The position numbers and the translations under genes are program-made. Under the pieces are notes generated by a model. That model did no database searches. It was not told the DNA's origin and worked only from the letters and a program-made list of their open reading frames with translations. This document shows positions 50,348-60,331 of a stretch of 64,000 nt of DNA, one piece after another; position 1 is the first letter of the stretch, and the number at the start of each line of letters is the position of its first letter. The stretch comes from an uncultured archaeon (GTDB lineage Archaea > Asgardarchaeota > Lokiarchaeia > Sigyniarchaeales > SOKP01), in NCBI GenBank assembly GCA_964508365.1, contig CAZDTP010000002.1:1-64000 (forward strand), read 5' to 3'.

Positions 50348-51205
50348 TTAGTTGTTTAAGAATATAAAAAATTTCTTACTTAATTCAATGATTTCATCCA
50401 CACTAAAACGAGCCAGTTTATCGTTTTTTATTTGATTATCGTGAAAAAAAATTTCGATATGTTGCCTTGAGTAGTTAAAATTTTTATCATTTTTCAAAAA
50501 ATAGTATATAGCATTTACCATATTCTTATTTTTGTAAGGCATTATTCCAGCAACAAACTTTAAGAAGAAAGTCCTCCCATTGTCTGATAATAACATTTCA
50601 TCGATCGCTTTTCTAGGCTCGACAATAACTAAAGATAATTCAATTTTAGGTGTGGGAAAAAAATTAAATCTAGAAACCTTAAATTTCCTCACAGGTATCA
50701 TGAAAGCATTAAAGGTAACAGTTATTCTTGAGAATGATTTATAATTATTTCTGTTAAAAAGTCTCTCGGCAATATTATTTTCAATTATTAAAGCACCCCG
50801 AGGAGGTTGTGGGTTATAAAAAACCTTTTCAAATATTGGCCCTGTAATAGAATAAGGTATATTTGAAATTATAATATCATGCGAAGGAATTTTAGCTTTT
50901 AGAATATCTTCATTATATAGTTTTAAATTTTCATAGTTGGAAAATTTATTTGAAAGATAAGAAAACAAAACAGAATTTATTTCATAAGCATAGATTTGAT
51001 TTGAATATTTAACCAAATCTTCAGTTAGTGCTCCTAAACCTGGTCCTATTTCTAAGATTGATTGTTCTTTTTTAATTCTTGATTCTAAGATTATTTTAGC
51101 AACGGTATTTTTATCGATGAGAAAGTTTTGACCTAGATTTTTGTTTGGTCTAATTCCTAATTGTTTTAAGGTATATAGAACTTCGCTCTTATTCATATTA
51201 TTCAT
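50348..51205 (-). CDS. rsmA: 16S rRNA dimethyladenosine transferase KsgA/Dim1
   Basis: LGQNFLID, LEIGPGLGALT, SNIPYSIT. Confidence 0.95.
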   Translation of the reverse strand: MNNMNKSEVLYTLKQLGIRPNKNLGQNFLIDKNTVAKIILESRIKKEQSILEIGPGLGALTEDLVKYSNQIYAYEINSVLFSYLSNKFSNYENLKLYNEDILKAKIPSHDIIISNIPYSITGPIFEKVFYNPQPPRGALIIENNIAERLFNRNNYKSFSRITVTFNAFMIPVRKFKVSRFNFFPTPKIELSLVIVEPRKAIDEMLLSDNGRTFFLKFVAGIMPYKNKNMVNAIYYFLKNDKNFNYSRQHIEIFFHDNQIKNDKLARFSVDEIIELSKKFFIFLNN

Positions 51206-51861
51206 TCGTATTTATGAGTCTTCGAGAATAAGTAGTACTTTATTCCCTCACGTTGCAGTTCTTTTATGATTCTTAAAGCAAGTTGTTTTGCTGGATTTGA
51301 TAAGCTTGTTCGATCAGATATGTCTTGAAAGGTAGTGAATTTTTGTCTGTTTCTAGCATCTAGTATATCCCACATATGTTTCTGTCCTACTCCAGGCAAT
51401 AATTTAAGAGAATGCATTCTGGGAGTTATGGAAGTTGAGTTATTAAAGAAGTTTATAAATTCCTCCTCGTAATTTAATATTTCTTTTTCAAGTATAGGCT
51501 GAATTAGGGCTTTTGAAGTATTTGTTAGTTCTTGATAATCAATTTTTTTTAAAACTTCCCTCAATTTGTTTTGTTGCAGAAAGCTCTCATATAACCCTTT
51601 TTCTTGTATCTTTATATCTGATTCTCTGTTGCATTTAACTTCATATAATACAAAATCTGGAAAAGTAAGCACTTGAGCAACTGGTGTTTTTGACCAGCTT
51701 GGTTTATCTTCTTCAGGATGACCATGGAGTAATAAATCTAAGACGACAAGTTCTCGAAACTTCTTGATGAATTGTTTCTTTATTCTTGGCTCTCTTCTTT
51801 GATATCTGGGTTTTTGAGGAGGCCTTCTGTATCGATCCCGATTCCTTTCCATACCAACCAT
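51202..51861 (-). CDS. DUF655 family putative RNA-binding protein
   Basis: VLDLL.HG, ITPRMHSLKLLPGVG helix-hairpin-helix; conserved position between rpo4 and ksgA. Confidence 0.88.
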   Translation of the reverse strand: MVGMERNRDRYRRPPQKPRYQRREPRIKKQFIKKFRELVVLDLLLHGHPEEDKPSWSKTPVAQVLTFPDFVLYEVKCNRESDIKIQEKGLYESFLQQNKLREVLKKIDYQELTNTSKALIQPILEKEILNYEEEFINFFNNSTSITPRMHSLKLLPGVGQKHMWDILDARNRQKFTTFQDISDRTSLSNPAKQLALRIIKELQREGIKYYLFSKTHKYE

Positions 51862-52016
51862 TCTTATAATTGTTTACTATCCCGAAGTGCATAATTTATT
51901 ATTTTTTATATATTCCTTATTTAACAAGGATTGCTCATTAAAATTTAAAACAATTAGAATTTATAAATTCTTCGTTGTTTAATACATTATGGAAAAAATA
52001 TACGCTATTTTTATTT

Positions 52017-52382
52017 TTAGGAAGATTTAAGTTCTTCTATTTGCGCAAGAAGATCTTGTAATTGTTCGTCACTTAATGATTTTCCTGCAAAACTCTTCTC
52101 TAAAATCATTCTAATTTCCGGTACAGTGTGAGGATCAATGTTTACAATGGTAATTGCGTATGATTCTTCAATTTCGTATTTTTCGATTAACAATTTCTGA
52201 ACTTTTATCGCATCTTTTTCACTCATTTTAGCAAATTTATTAACATAATTATAAGTAATTTCTTGAAAGTGAGATAGACCTTCTTCACTGTCAATTTCTT
52301 CCATTTTCTCCTTGACAACTTCCATAATTTTTTTTACTTCTGGTATAGAAACAGTTTTTTCACTAATTTTTCGTCCAGACAT
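52017..52382 (-). CDS. rpoF: RNA polymerase subunit Rpo4 (RpoF)
   Basis: Y..KFAK, AITIVNIDP.T..EIR; position after L21e. Confidence 0.88.
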   Translation of the reverse strand: MSGRKISEKTVSIPEVKKIMEVVKEKMEEIDSEEGLSHFQEITYNYVNKFAKMSEKDAIKVQKLLIEKYEIEESYAITIVNIDPHTVPEIRMILEKSFAGKSLSDEQLQDLLAQIEELKSS

Positions 52383-52414
52383 ATATTTTTTCTCCCCTTT
52401 AATTGATAAATGTG

Positions 52415-52720
52415 TTATTTGGCTGAACCTTTATTAATTCGTAAATGTTCTTTGCCAATGATAAGAAGTTTCTTTGAATTACCTAATTTAACTTCAACTT
52501 CGTAGCATCTTCCTCTTACACCCTTAACCGTTCCAGTTAATCCATGATATCTTCTATGAGGGAATCCTCTTTTGTGTTGAGAAGGATCAGTAATAATGTC
52601 TACTTTGTCATTTATTTCATAATCAATTAGATATTTCTCAATGGAACCTAAACCTCGGTCTCTTACCTTTTTTCGGTGTACTTGGCGAGACTTATTTCGG
52701 TAACCTTTATGTAAAGTCAA
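52415..52720 (-). CDS. rpl21e: 50S ribosomal protein L21e
   Basis: GYR.KSR, PHRRYHGLTGTV, EHLR. Confidence 0.95.
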   Translation of the reverse strand: MTLHKGYRNKSRQVHRKKVRDRGLGSIEKYLIDYEINDKVDIITDPSQHKRGFPHRRYHGLTGTVKGVRGRCYEVEVKLGNSKKLLIIGKEHLRINKGSAK

Positions 52721-52828
52721 ATTAATTCCCTAAACTATTTTGAATTGTATTGATAAATATAATCAATTTTTGAAATTATATGAAGCATAATTTATTTATT
52801 TTTTGATTTCACTTCTTTAACAAGAGAA

Positions 52829-54184
52829 TTAATATATTTTAAGAACATCTAATTTTTTACATTCTAAAGAGAATCCATATATATCAGAGAAAGAGGGTGT
52901 TGTTCTTCCATTATCACCACTTATTAGTTCTTTAATGTACGTTCCGCCTTGAGCTTCTACGATGAATTCTGAAACATCGGGTTTAATGAATTTTCCTTCT
53001 ACTCGAAAAATCTTTTTTTCTCTTATTTTATCTGCGCGACGATGAGATACCCTTAATGGTGTTCTTTGTTGAAGATTTTGTTTTTCGTAAACACCCTTCA
53101 ATTTTTTTAATAGATCATCGAAGTTACCTTTTGAAATCTTCTCTTTAGAGATTACTAGGGCTTTGTAAACTTTTTTTGTGTTTTCAGCATTAAGTTTCAG
53201 ATTTTTAACTTGTTCCTTACTACTATATTGTAAATCTGTTACTTTGATTTTTTTCTTATTACTTTTATTTACTTTATTTTGAATTTTTTTCAAATCTAAA
53301 GTTCTGATTTTAGGGTTTTTTAATTCGAGGATAAAGGGTCTTCCATTACCTAGCATCTTCACATCAATATCTTCTCTTCCAGCGCCATGAAACTTTGAAT
53401 CGTCTGCTTTAGCTTCAATAACAAATTTTGGGCTAATTAATTCTTCTACACTAGTTTTATATTGCTTTCCTGTAAATTTACAAGATTCACACCCTTTTCC
53501 CCTGCATAATCTACAATCCCAATGAGTTTGGGGGATCCCTCTAATAAATTTGTTATATCTACCGTAAATAAAAATAGATCTTAAGAGCAAAGTAATATCG
53601 AAGGATTCAAATTTTATTGAATAAATAATAGTTATATCCGGCATCCCGAACTCTGCGGGTTTACCCAATATTAGAGAAAGCTCTTTACCCACTTCTCGGT
53701 TAAAATGATTTTTAAACGATTCAGCTTCCAAAAGATTATGACTGGCTTTAAAATTATCCTCCTTATTAATAATTTGCGCGTTGAGGGCGGTACCTATCAG
53801 GAAATTAGTGAATTCAATATTTTCTAAGTATTTTTCTGCTCTTTTAGCAAAAACAGCTATTTCGTTAAAAATATTGTTGCACAAATAACATTTTTCGGTA
53901 AAATCAGGTTTACTATATTCAATACCCTCCTTTTCTAATACGCTTTGAGCAGGGGTAAACTTTGCTTTTTCTGCTAATAATTTTAATATTTGACTAGCAT
54001 TATCATGGTTGTCTTGTTGGGATAAATACGCACGGTGTTTATCCATGGTGATTGCGAGTAAAAGAGATTTCCCCCTATCGTGATTGGTAGTGTCTGTACC
54101 TAATAAGGAAAACATCCTACCTAAACAATGAAAACACACATACTTATCTCGGTAAATCTCTATAACTTTTTCAAAAATAGTCAT
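52829..54184 (-). CDS. pus10: tRNA pseudouridine(54/55) synthase Pus10
   Basis: C.HCLGR, GIPQT.W.C..C.G.GC..C, HGAGREDIDV, QRTPLRVSHRR, GGTYIKELISGD. Confidence 0.95.
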   Translation of the reverse strand: MTIFEKVIEIYRDKYVCFHCLGRMFSLLGTDTTNHDRGKSLLLAITMDKHRAYLSQQDNHDNASQILKLLAEKAKFTPAQSVLEKEGIEYSKPDFTEKCYLCNNIFNEIAVFAKRAEKYLENIEFTNFLIGTALNAQIINKEDNFKASHNLLEAESFKNHFNREVGKELSLILGKPAEFGMPDITIIYSIKFESFDITLLLRSIFIYGRYNKFIRGIPQTHWDCRLCRGKGCESCKFTGKQYKTSVEELISPKFVIEAKADDSKFHGAGREDIDVKMLGNGRPFILELKNPKIRTLDLKKIQNKVNKSNKKKIKVTDLQYSSKEQVKNLKLNAENTKKVYKALVISKEKISKGNFDDLLKKLKGVYEKQNLQQRTPLRVSHRRADKIREKKIFRVEGKFIKPDVSEFIVEAQGGTYIKELISGDNGRTTPSFSDIYGFSLECKKLDVLKIY

Positions 54185-54270
54185 ATTCTAATTAAATAAT
54201 TAGGTATTCCTTTTGTTTTTAATGATCCTTCAATAATAAAAAAAAAGAAATATAGATTTTAAGTAATAGA

Positions 54271-55623
54271 TTATTCTTTTTCCCAGTCAAAATCGAGTTG
54301 TATGTACTTGTTCGTGAAGAAATATGCTACAATAAGTATTAAAGAACATATTGGTCCCCATAAAACTAAACCAAAAGAATAGGTTAAAGCTCCAATTGTA
54401 ATCATTGGTAATGATAAAACTATTCCAATAACCATAGGTCCAAAGGCTTGAAATATATTTAAAATTATACTTGGGAATCCATCATATAATCCTGCTTTTA
54501 ATTCTCCTGTACGCTTCTCTTCGTCTTCAGCTATATCCGCTTTATATATGTATGGGAAGAGTGCCCATCCTGATAGAGATACTGCTATTATAAGAATAAA
54601 GATAATCCCAAAGACTATATTCGTTGCAAAAGGAATTAACCCGATTAAAGAAGTTGGCAAGAGTATTATTGCAAAAAGAAACAATAACAAAAGCGATTTC
54701 TTCTTACCTTTTTTTTGAATCTGTTTTCTCCAAATAGATAAAGAAACGATAAAACCTAATACTAGAATTATTGCTACAATATAATACTCTAATGTACTTA
54801 ATCCTAATACAGAATCTATGAATGTTAACATCACAGTAGTGATTATTGACCAAGCAAAACTTGCAAACCCTTGCATAAATATAACCTTCATATAATTTTT
54901 GTCATGAATTATTTTCTTTAGATTTTCTAAGAGTCTCGAATCCATCTTAAAATGTGGCTCAGTAGGCATTATAAATACGAGAGCTACATAAAAAAGTATA
55001 ACTAAGATACCAAATATTAAAACTGGGAGTAATACTGTAATGGGAGTTACCTCAGGAGTAATAGATATAACATCAAATGCGGGTGTCAAGATTAATAGAG
55101 TAAAAATAAGCATTATAGCGTTTCCAATATAATTCATCGTATTCTGAAATTGAGAAACCTTAGGACGTTCACCCACAGGGAATTGTTCTACCATCCATGC
55201 TTGGTATGGTGTCGTTCCAGCATAACACGCTCTAAAAATGATATCCCAAATCAATAACCATAGAAATAACGCATTTTTATCGTTCAAATCGGGTAAAAAT
55301 AAACCGGGCAGCAAAAGAAAAATAAAAGAAATTCCAAGCAATGGAACTAGAATAATGATATAAGGTTTTCTTCGACCCCATTTTGTATATTTTGCATCAC
55401 TAATCCATCCAAAAAAAAACTGAGAAGCAGCAATCGAAAGAAACCCCATCGCTTGAGCAAATCCAACCAGAATTGATGGGACTCCGTAACCAAGATAATA
55501 AAGCGCAAACAAGGCAAAACCTTCAATTCCAAGAACGATAGCGGTTGAAACTCTTGGTACACTATAAGTTAATTTTCTCAGATTAGAAGTTTCAGGTCTT
55601 TGGATTCCTTCTGTTTCATTCAA
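54271..55623 (-). CDS. MFS transporter, GPH (MelB/glucuronide)-like
   Basis: About 12 TM, GWISD...KWGRRKPY, ADIAE.DE.RTG. Confidence 0.88.
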   Translation of the reverse strand: MNETEGIQRPETSNLRKLTYSVPRVSTAIVLGIEGFALFALYYLGYGVPSILVGFAQAMGFLSIAASQFFFGWISDAKYTKWGRRKPYIIILVPLLGISFIFLLLPGLFLPDLNDKNALFLWLLIWDIIFRACYAGTTPYQAWMVEQFPVGERPKVSQFQNTMNYIGNAIMLIFTLLILTPAFDVISITPEVTPITVLLPVLIFGILVILFYVALVFIMPTEPHFKMDSRLLENLKKIIHDKNYMKVIFMQGFASFAWSIITTVMLTFIDSVLGLSTLEYYIVAIILVLGFIVSLSIWRKQIQKKGKKKSLLLLFLFAIILLPTSLIGLIPFATNIVFGIIFILIIAVSLSGWALFPYIYKADIAEDEEKRTGELKAGLYDGFPSIILNIFQAFGPMVIGIVLSLPMITIGALTYSFGLVLWGPICSLILIVAYFFTNKYIQLDFDWEKE

Positions 55624-55795
55624 ATTTTAACACATCCTATATATTGATTTTTTGTATAAAAATTAATTTAAATTAAGATTAGATGAAACTCTATTTAATG
55701 TTTATTAAAAATGTAGGAATAAAATATCGATTAAAGGAGCAAATATTTTAATTAGTGAAAGGTTGAAGTTATCAACTTTGCTTGAATTTCGTAGT

Positions 55796-56770
55796 TTAAT
55801 CTTCTTCTTCGTCCCACCCTAAATCTTTTAGAACGGATTCAAAAGCTTCTGATTCCTTATTAAGTACAAATTCTGTATCATACTCGGAAGCGGTCTTTCC
55901 AAAATCAGCATTAAAATCAGGGAGAGGAAGATCCTCGAGCGAAGGGATAGACTCCTGTAAAGGTTGTTCCTGGACAATTTGAGGCTCATGGATGCTCTCA
56001 TCTTCCTCGATCTCCATTGGTGTATAATCCGCAAGCGGAACGGGAGGTATTTCGTCCTCATATACTTTAAAACGCGAATCAATAACCTGGGACGGCTCTT
56101 CTGACCTCAATGAAGTTTCTGAGCTCTTAACACCCTTCTCCATTTGTTTTTCGTATTCTAAGCCAACAGATTTTGGTATAGATACAATGTTATTTTGTAC
56201 TTCCGTTTCGATATCTTCTAAATCACTACCATCTTTTTCCCAATCGTCTAAAAAACCTAGCAAATCGTCTAGGGCGGCTTTATCTTCTTCGATGCTAGGT
56301 TTTATAATTCCACTCACTTCCTCTTCTTCAATTTTTAGTTTAGCTTTTTCAGAATCTTCTAAAGAAAGAGTCATGTTAGTGATTTCATCTCCTGAAATTA
56401 ATCGATTCAATTTTTTAGCTAATTCTCGTATATACCCAAGGTAGTATCCAATTCGATATACATTTTTTAACCCACCAAACACCAGATATTCGTCATTGAT
56501 AGCTAAAATTATACTATAACCAGAAGTATTGTGAAGAATTATCTCTGTTAGGGCCCCATGTGCAGTTGCTTCGCTTAATCTTAATCCTAAATCAATCAAC
56601 GCAGTACTTGAAGCGGATGTTGCATCAGCATCGAGCTCAGAAGAAGAAGAAGACGCAACTTTCATACCAACTCGAGAAAGTACTGCTAGATTTTCTAAAT
56701 CTGTTTTATCTTCTTCGAATTTTAAAATCTTCATCATATTATCGCGAATATCTTGCACTAGAGACGACAT
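55796..56770 (-). CDS. Roadblock/LC7 (MglB-like) domain protein with long acidic tail
   Basis: N-terminal LAVLSRVG..VAS, long helix, IILHN..GY.IILAI, LGY fold pattern; Glu/Asp-rich C-terminal ~190 aa. Confidence 0.82.
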   Translation of the reverse strand: MSSLVQDIRDNMMKILKFEEDKTDLENLAVLSRVGMKVASSSSSELDADATSASSTALIDLGLRLSEATAHGALTEIILHNTSGYSIILAINDEYLVFGGLKNVYRIGYYLGYIRELAKKLNRLISGDEITNMTLSLEDSEKAKLKIEEEEVSGIIKPSIEEDKAALDDLLGFLDDWEKDGSDLEDIETEVQNNIVSIPKSVGLEYEKQMEKGVKSSETSLRSEEPSQVIDSRFKVYEDEIPPVPLADYTPMEIEEDESIHEPQIVQEQPLQESIPSLEDLPLPDFNADFGKTASEYDTEFVLNKESEAFESVLKDLGWDEEED

Positions 56771-56876
56771 TTCACACCAAAATCTTTTTTAAATTAAAAT
56801 TAATTGGAATCTATATATTATAAATTCTCTTAATGTATATCATAAAATTTACATTAATATATTTTATCATAATTTC

Positions 56877-57608
56877 TTACATAAATTCATTTAATTTCTT
56901 CTGCGTAGAAGAAGAATTATCATATTTATTGAAAGAGTATCCAGATAAGTCAGTAACTATGTTTTTAATCTCCTCTATCACATTTTCAGCCGTTAAAATA
57001 TTAGTATCGATTGTGAATACTTTTTTAGTTTGAGTTTTTGAAAACAAAAATTGATTATAATAGGAAAGAATTTCTAATAGGTATTTCTTGTCATCTTCAT
57101 TCCAATTATTCCTGGTATTATCAATTGAACCTCGTTGAAGTATTCTTTTTAATATTGTATCTGTTTCAGCAGTAAGGTAAATAATGCAATCTTCTTTCCA
57201 CTTAACTGACTTATACATATCATAGATAAGATTATAATCTTTTTCTTTAAGGTAAAGACTTTTAGAGTAAACTAGCACGCAGATTGGTGTACGATCCAGA
57301 AAAATAACTCTACCATTGTAAATATTATCAAAATTAGTGATATTTTTGTTTCTCCGAATGAGCTGTTGTAGAAAGTGAATTTCGCTTCGAAAGGCGATTT
57401 GTTTGTTGTCAGAACCGAATGGAAAAGGAGGAATTTTCCTATATCTCTCGGGAAAAAACTTAAACTTATTATTATCTCCAAATTTTTTTTTTAAAAGATT
57501 GAAGATTGTGGTTTTCCCAATTCCGTGTACCCCCGCAATAGAAATAATTATATTATCCTTGCTACCCTTGTTTGTATAATATTTTTTACCCAATCTCTCT
57601 TTCTCCAC
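56877..57608 (-). CDS. Deoxynucleoside/thymidylate kinase family P-loop protein
   Basis: IAGVHGIGKTT, PER, FLDRT, IYLTA...ILKRI..RG. Confidence 0.8.
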   Translation of the reverse strand: MEKERLGKKYYTNKGSKDNIIISIAGVHGIGKTTIFNLLKKKFGDNNKFKFFPERYRKIPPFPFGSDNKQIAFRSEIHFLQQLIRRNKNITNFDNIYNGRVIFLDRTPICVLVYSKSLYLKEKDYNLIYDMYKSVKWKEDCIIYLTAETDTILKRILQRGSIDNTRNNWNEDDKKYLLEILSYYNQFLFSKTQTKKVFTIDTNILTAENVIEEIKNIVTDLSGYSFNKYDNSSSTQKKLNEFM

Positions 57609-57726
57609 GTTATAGACTCTTATCGTATTTTAAAAGAAATAAGTTACTAATAATAACACTAGAGATATTTGATTTTTCTTATTATTAAATTTATATATTA
57701 AAGGATAATGGAGATTTATGTTTAAA

Positions 57727-58854
57727 TTAGAAATAGATAATTATGATTATAAGAGTAATATTGTAAATCAAATTAGCTATTATTGTACTAAATAAATTCT
57801 TATTAATTTCATAGATCACCCCCAAAAATATATTTACCATAAAGTTTACAAAAAAGAAATATATCCCAATGGGTAATGTAAAAAATAGAAACAGAATTGA
57901 GTAAATCAAGGCTACAATTACAATTACTGTAACTTTTCCAAGAAAATTGTTATCAAAATGCGCTTTTAAAGTTTTGTGTAATACACCTCTAAATACTAGT
58001 TCAGTTGAAATTACTGTTACACTTAGAAGTAAAATAAGTAGTATTATCAGAATTAAACTAGAGTTTTGAAGGACGAGATATTCTTCGTCTAAATAAGCAA
58101 AGATATCGTAGAAATTTATCCCCGCGTCGTAAATAAAACGGATTATTAGGGACGAAAAATTATCAATTAAAACTAATCCAATACTTCCGGCGATGCCAAC
58201 TAAAGTAGCGATTACCAGCGATTTTTTATTAAAGATCAAGCTTAATTTCTTGAGGTTATGTTTTTTTGAATAAATATAATACAGGGGATAGACTCCAAAA
58301 ATAATATCAGGAGCTTGACTCAAGAGAATTGTTGTCATGTTTAAATCTAATGTTTCAGACGGACCCATTTGTAAAGTTAATAACATAGTAATCACTAGTC
58401 GAATGATAATATATGCCATAAGAGCATTACCAAATACGCTAATCCCCTCTCTAAAATTCCATTCGCTTTTTTTCAATACAAATTTTTGTTCTGGTACTAA
58501 TTTTTTATTTGTGAATACATAACCTTGTCTACTTTGATTTTTTTTGGTTTGGGTTGCGATTTCTTGCTCTGGAATTTTTTCTAATCTTGAATCACATATA
58601 GGACACTGTTCTAATATAGTAGAAGTTATTATCGAACCGCAATTCGAACATTTGCGCGATATTGGTTCTTTTTTAAATGGTTTTGGGATTGCCTTCGCTT
58701 GATCAGTAATATCCTCACTTGGTTTAATATTCACTACTAATTTCCCACATTCAGGATTTGGACAATAAGCTGTGTGTTTTTGGATTGCAGTACCACAGTA
58801 CACGCAAAATTTTGTAACTTGATGTTCTTCATTTTCTTTTGACATTACTCTCAA
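57727..58854 (-). CDS. Double Zn-ribbon + CPBP-like membrane protein with degenerate catalytic motifs
   Basis: CVYC/CPNPEC and CSNC/CPIC; TELVFRG, YSILF, ANLIYN. Confidence 0.8.
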   Translation of the reverse strand: MRVMSKENEEHQVTKFCVYCGTAIQKHTAYCPNPECGKLVVNIKPSEDITDQAKAIPKPFKKEPISRKCSNCGSIITSTILEQCPICDSRLEKIPEQEIATQTKKNQSRQGYVFTNKKLVPEQKFVLKKSEWNFREGISVFGNALMAYIIIRLVITMLLTLQMGPSETLDLNMTTILLSQAPDIIFGVYPLYYIYSKKHNLKKLSLIFNKKSLVIATLVGIAGSIGLVLIDNFSSLIIRFIYDAGINFYDIFAYLDEEYLVLQNSSLILIILLILLLSVTVISTELVFRGVLHKTLKAHFDNNFLGKVTVIVIVALIYSILFLFFTLPIGIYFFFVNFMVNIFLGVIYEINKNLFSTIIANLIYNITLIIIIIYF

Positions 58855-59015
58855 TAAAATAAGAAATTTAATTGTGCTAAAGCGTACTTATGTAATAAAT
58901 TAAATTTAAAATTATATATTTTATTATTATTTTCTACAACTAAAACAATATTTTGACAACAGAGAAACTCTAAATGTGCTTTATTATTAGTTTTATTGAT
59001 TACACTTGCTTCTTT

Positions 59016-60272
59016 TTACTTTTTTCTTCTTATAAGTTCTTTAGTCTTTGAATAAAGTTCCATGAGCAAAAGATTATGATAAAAAGAAATAGAATCAAAG
59101 TAGCCCTCTCCTATATCGGACTGATTAGCATGTACTAACGCAAGTTGGGCGTTTAGGGCAGATTTCATAAGTAACTCTATCCCTTTATAAATTAAATTTG
59201 GACTCCAAGTCCCTCGATTAGGGTTCCCCCACCATGTTGTATCGGAACATATCCCTCTATCATAAAACCATCGAGAAGTATTGTAGTGTCTCTCTGCATC
59301 CCAATTTTGATTCAAATCTAAATTATCTATTAAATTCATGAGGTTGTTTAAACTTCTCACAATTTTCCAATATAACATATGAACTCTATTATCAGGATGA
59401 TCCCACAAAGGATACGGGATGTTTGCCTTCATATCATCGTAAGTAGTGCTCCAACTCGAATCTTTAGGGATTATCTTTTCTTTACTAATCGGAAAAAATT
59501 TGGATAAATTGGAAATGAATTCCATTTTTATTTCTCTTTGATCGTTAATAAGTTCTAAAGCCTTACTTAGAAAAATTCTTTCAAATTTTTTAATATGATG
59601 ACCAAAAGTTTCTGAATCCAGTGCTGTTATGATAAATTTATCTTTTTGCTTTTGGTCCTTATTTTGCTTGACATTGCCTTTAATTTCTTCAACAAATTCT
59701 TTCGCAGTGATATTGTTAAATGCGATTTTATTACTTAAAATATCGTCTCTAAAAAATAACATTAAGCCATTAGGAGAAGTATATATTTGATCAGTAGACC
59801 AATCAACAGGACAGGCTATACCGCTCATAATTACCCATTTATACCCTAATTCTCGAATGTACTTTGCAACTTGAGAACTAATTGACATTTCAGGAGGGAA
59901 AAATCCTGCTCGTTCCCACCGTTTAAATTCTTTTTTTATAATTTCTTCATTAATCTTAATTTGATTTTCAGATTCCTTTTGTGGAATTAATGGAAGGATT
60001 GGATGGAATTTTGCGGTACCAGTGATTTCAATTTTATTACTAGATTCCAAATTTTGGAGAATTTCTATGGTATCAATTAGATCAAATTCATAAAACATCT
60101 CTATTAAAACCGCATTAATATTAAGACTAATTTTAACATTATCATGCTCCTCTAACATTCTCAATAAAGGTTTATAGCACTCTTTATCAATTTGTCGCAA
60201 TACCCTACTATCTTGAAAAGTAGGTTGATACATATGTAATAATGGAGCCCAATATATCATTTTAACAATCAA
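59016..60272 (-). CDS. Glycoside hydrolase family 57
   Basis: HMYQP, HPILPLI, FFPPEM (nucleophile Glu), ALDSETFGHH. Confidence 0.88.
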   Translation of the reverse strand: MIVKMIYWAPLLHMYQPTFQDSRVLRQIDKECYKPLLRMLEEHDNVKISLNINAVLIEMFYEFDLIDTIEILQNLESSNKIEITGTAKFHPILPLIPQKESENQIKINEEIIKKEFKRWERAGFFPPEMSISSQVAKYIRELGYKWVIMSGIACPVDWSTDQIYTSPNGLMLFFRDDILSNKIAFNNITAKEFVEEIKGNVKQNKDQKQKDKFIITALDSETFGHHIKKFERIFLSKALELINDQREIKMEFISNLSKFFPISKEKIIPKDSSWSTTYDDMKANIPYPLWDHPDNRVHMLYWKIVRSLNNLMNLIDNLDLNQNWDAERHYNTSRWFYDRGICSDTTWWGNPNRGTWSPNLIYKGIELLMKSALNAQLALVHANQSDIGEGYFDSISFYHNLLLMELYSKTKELIRRKK

Positions 60273-60331
60273 CCTTTAATATTTCTATTATATTTACTAT
60301 TTATATAATGGAATAGAAAAATGGGAGAGTT

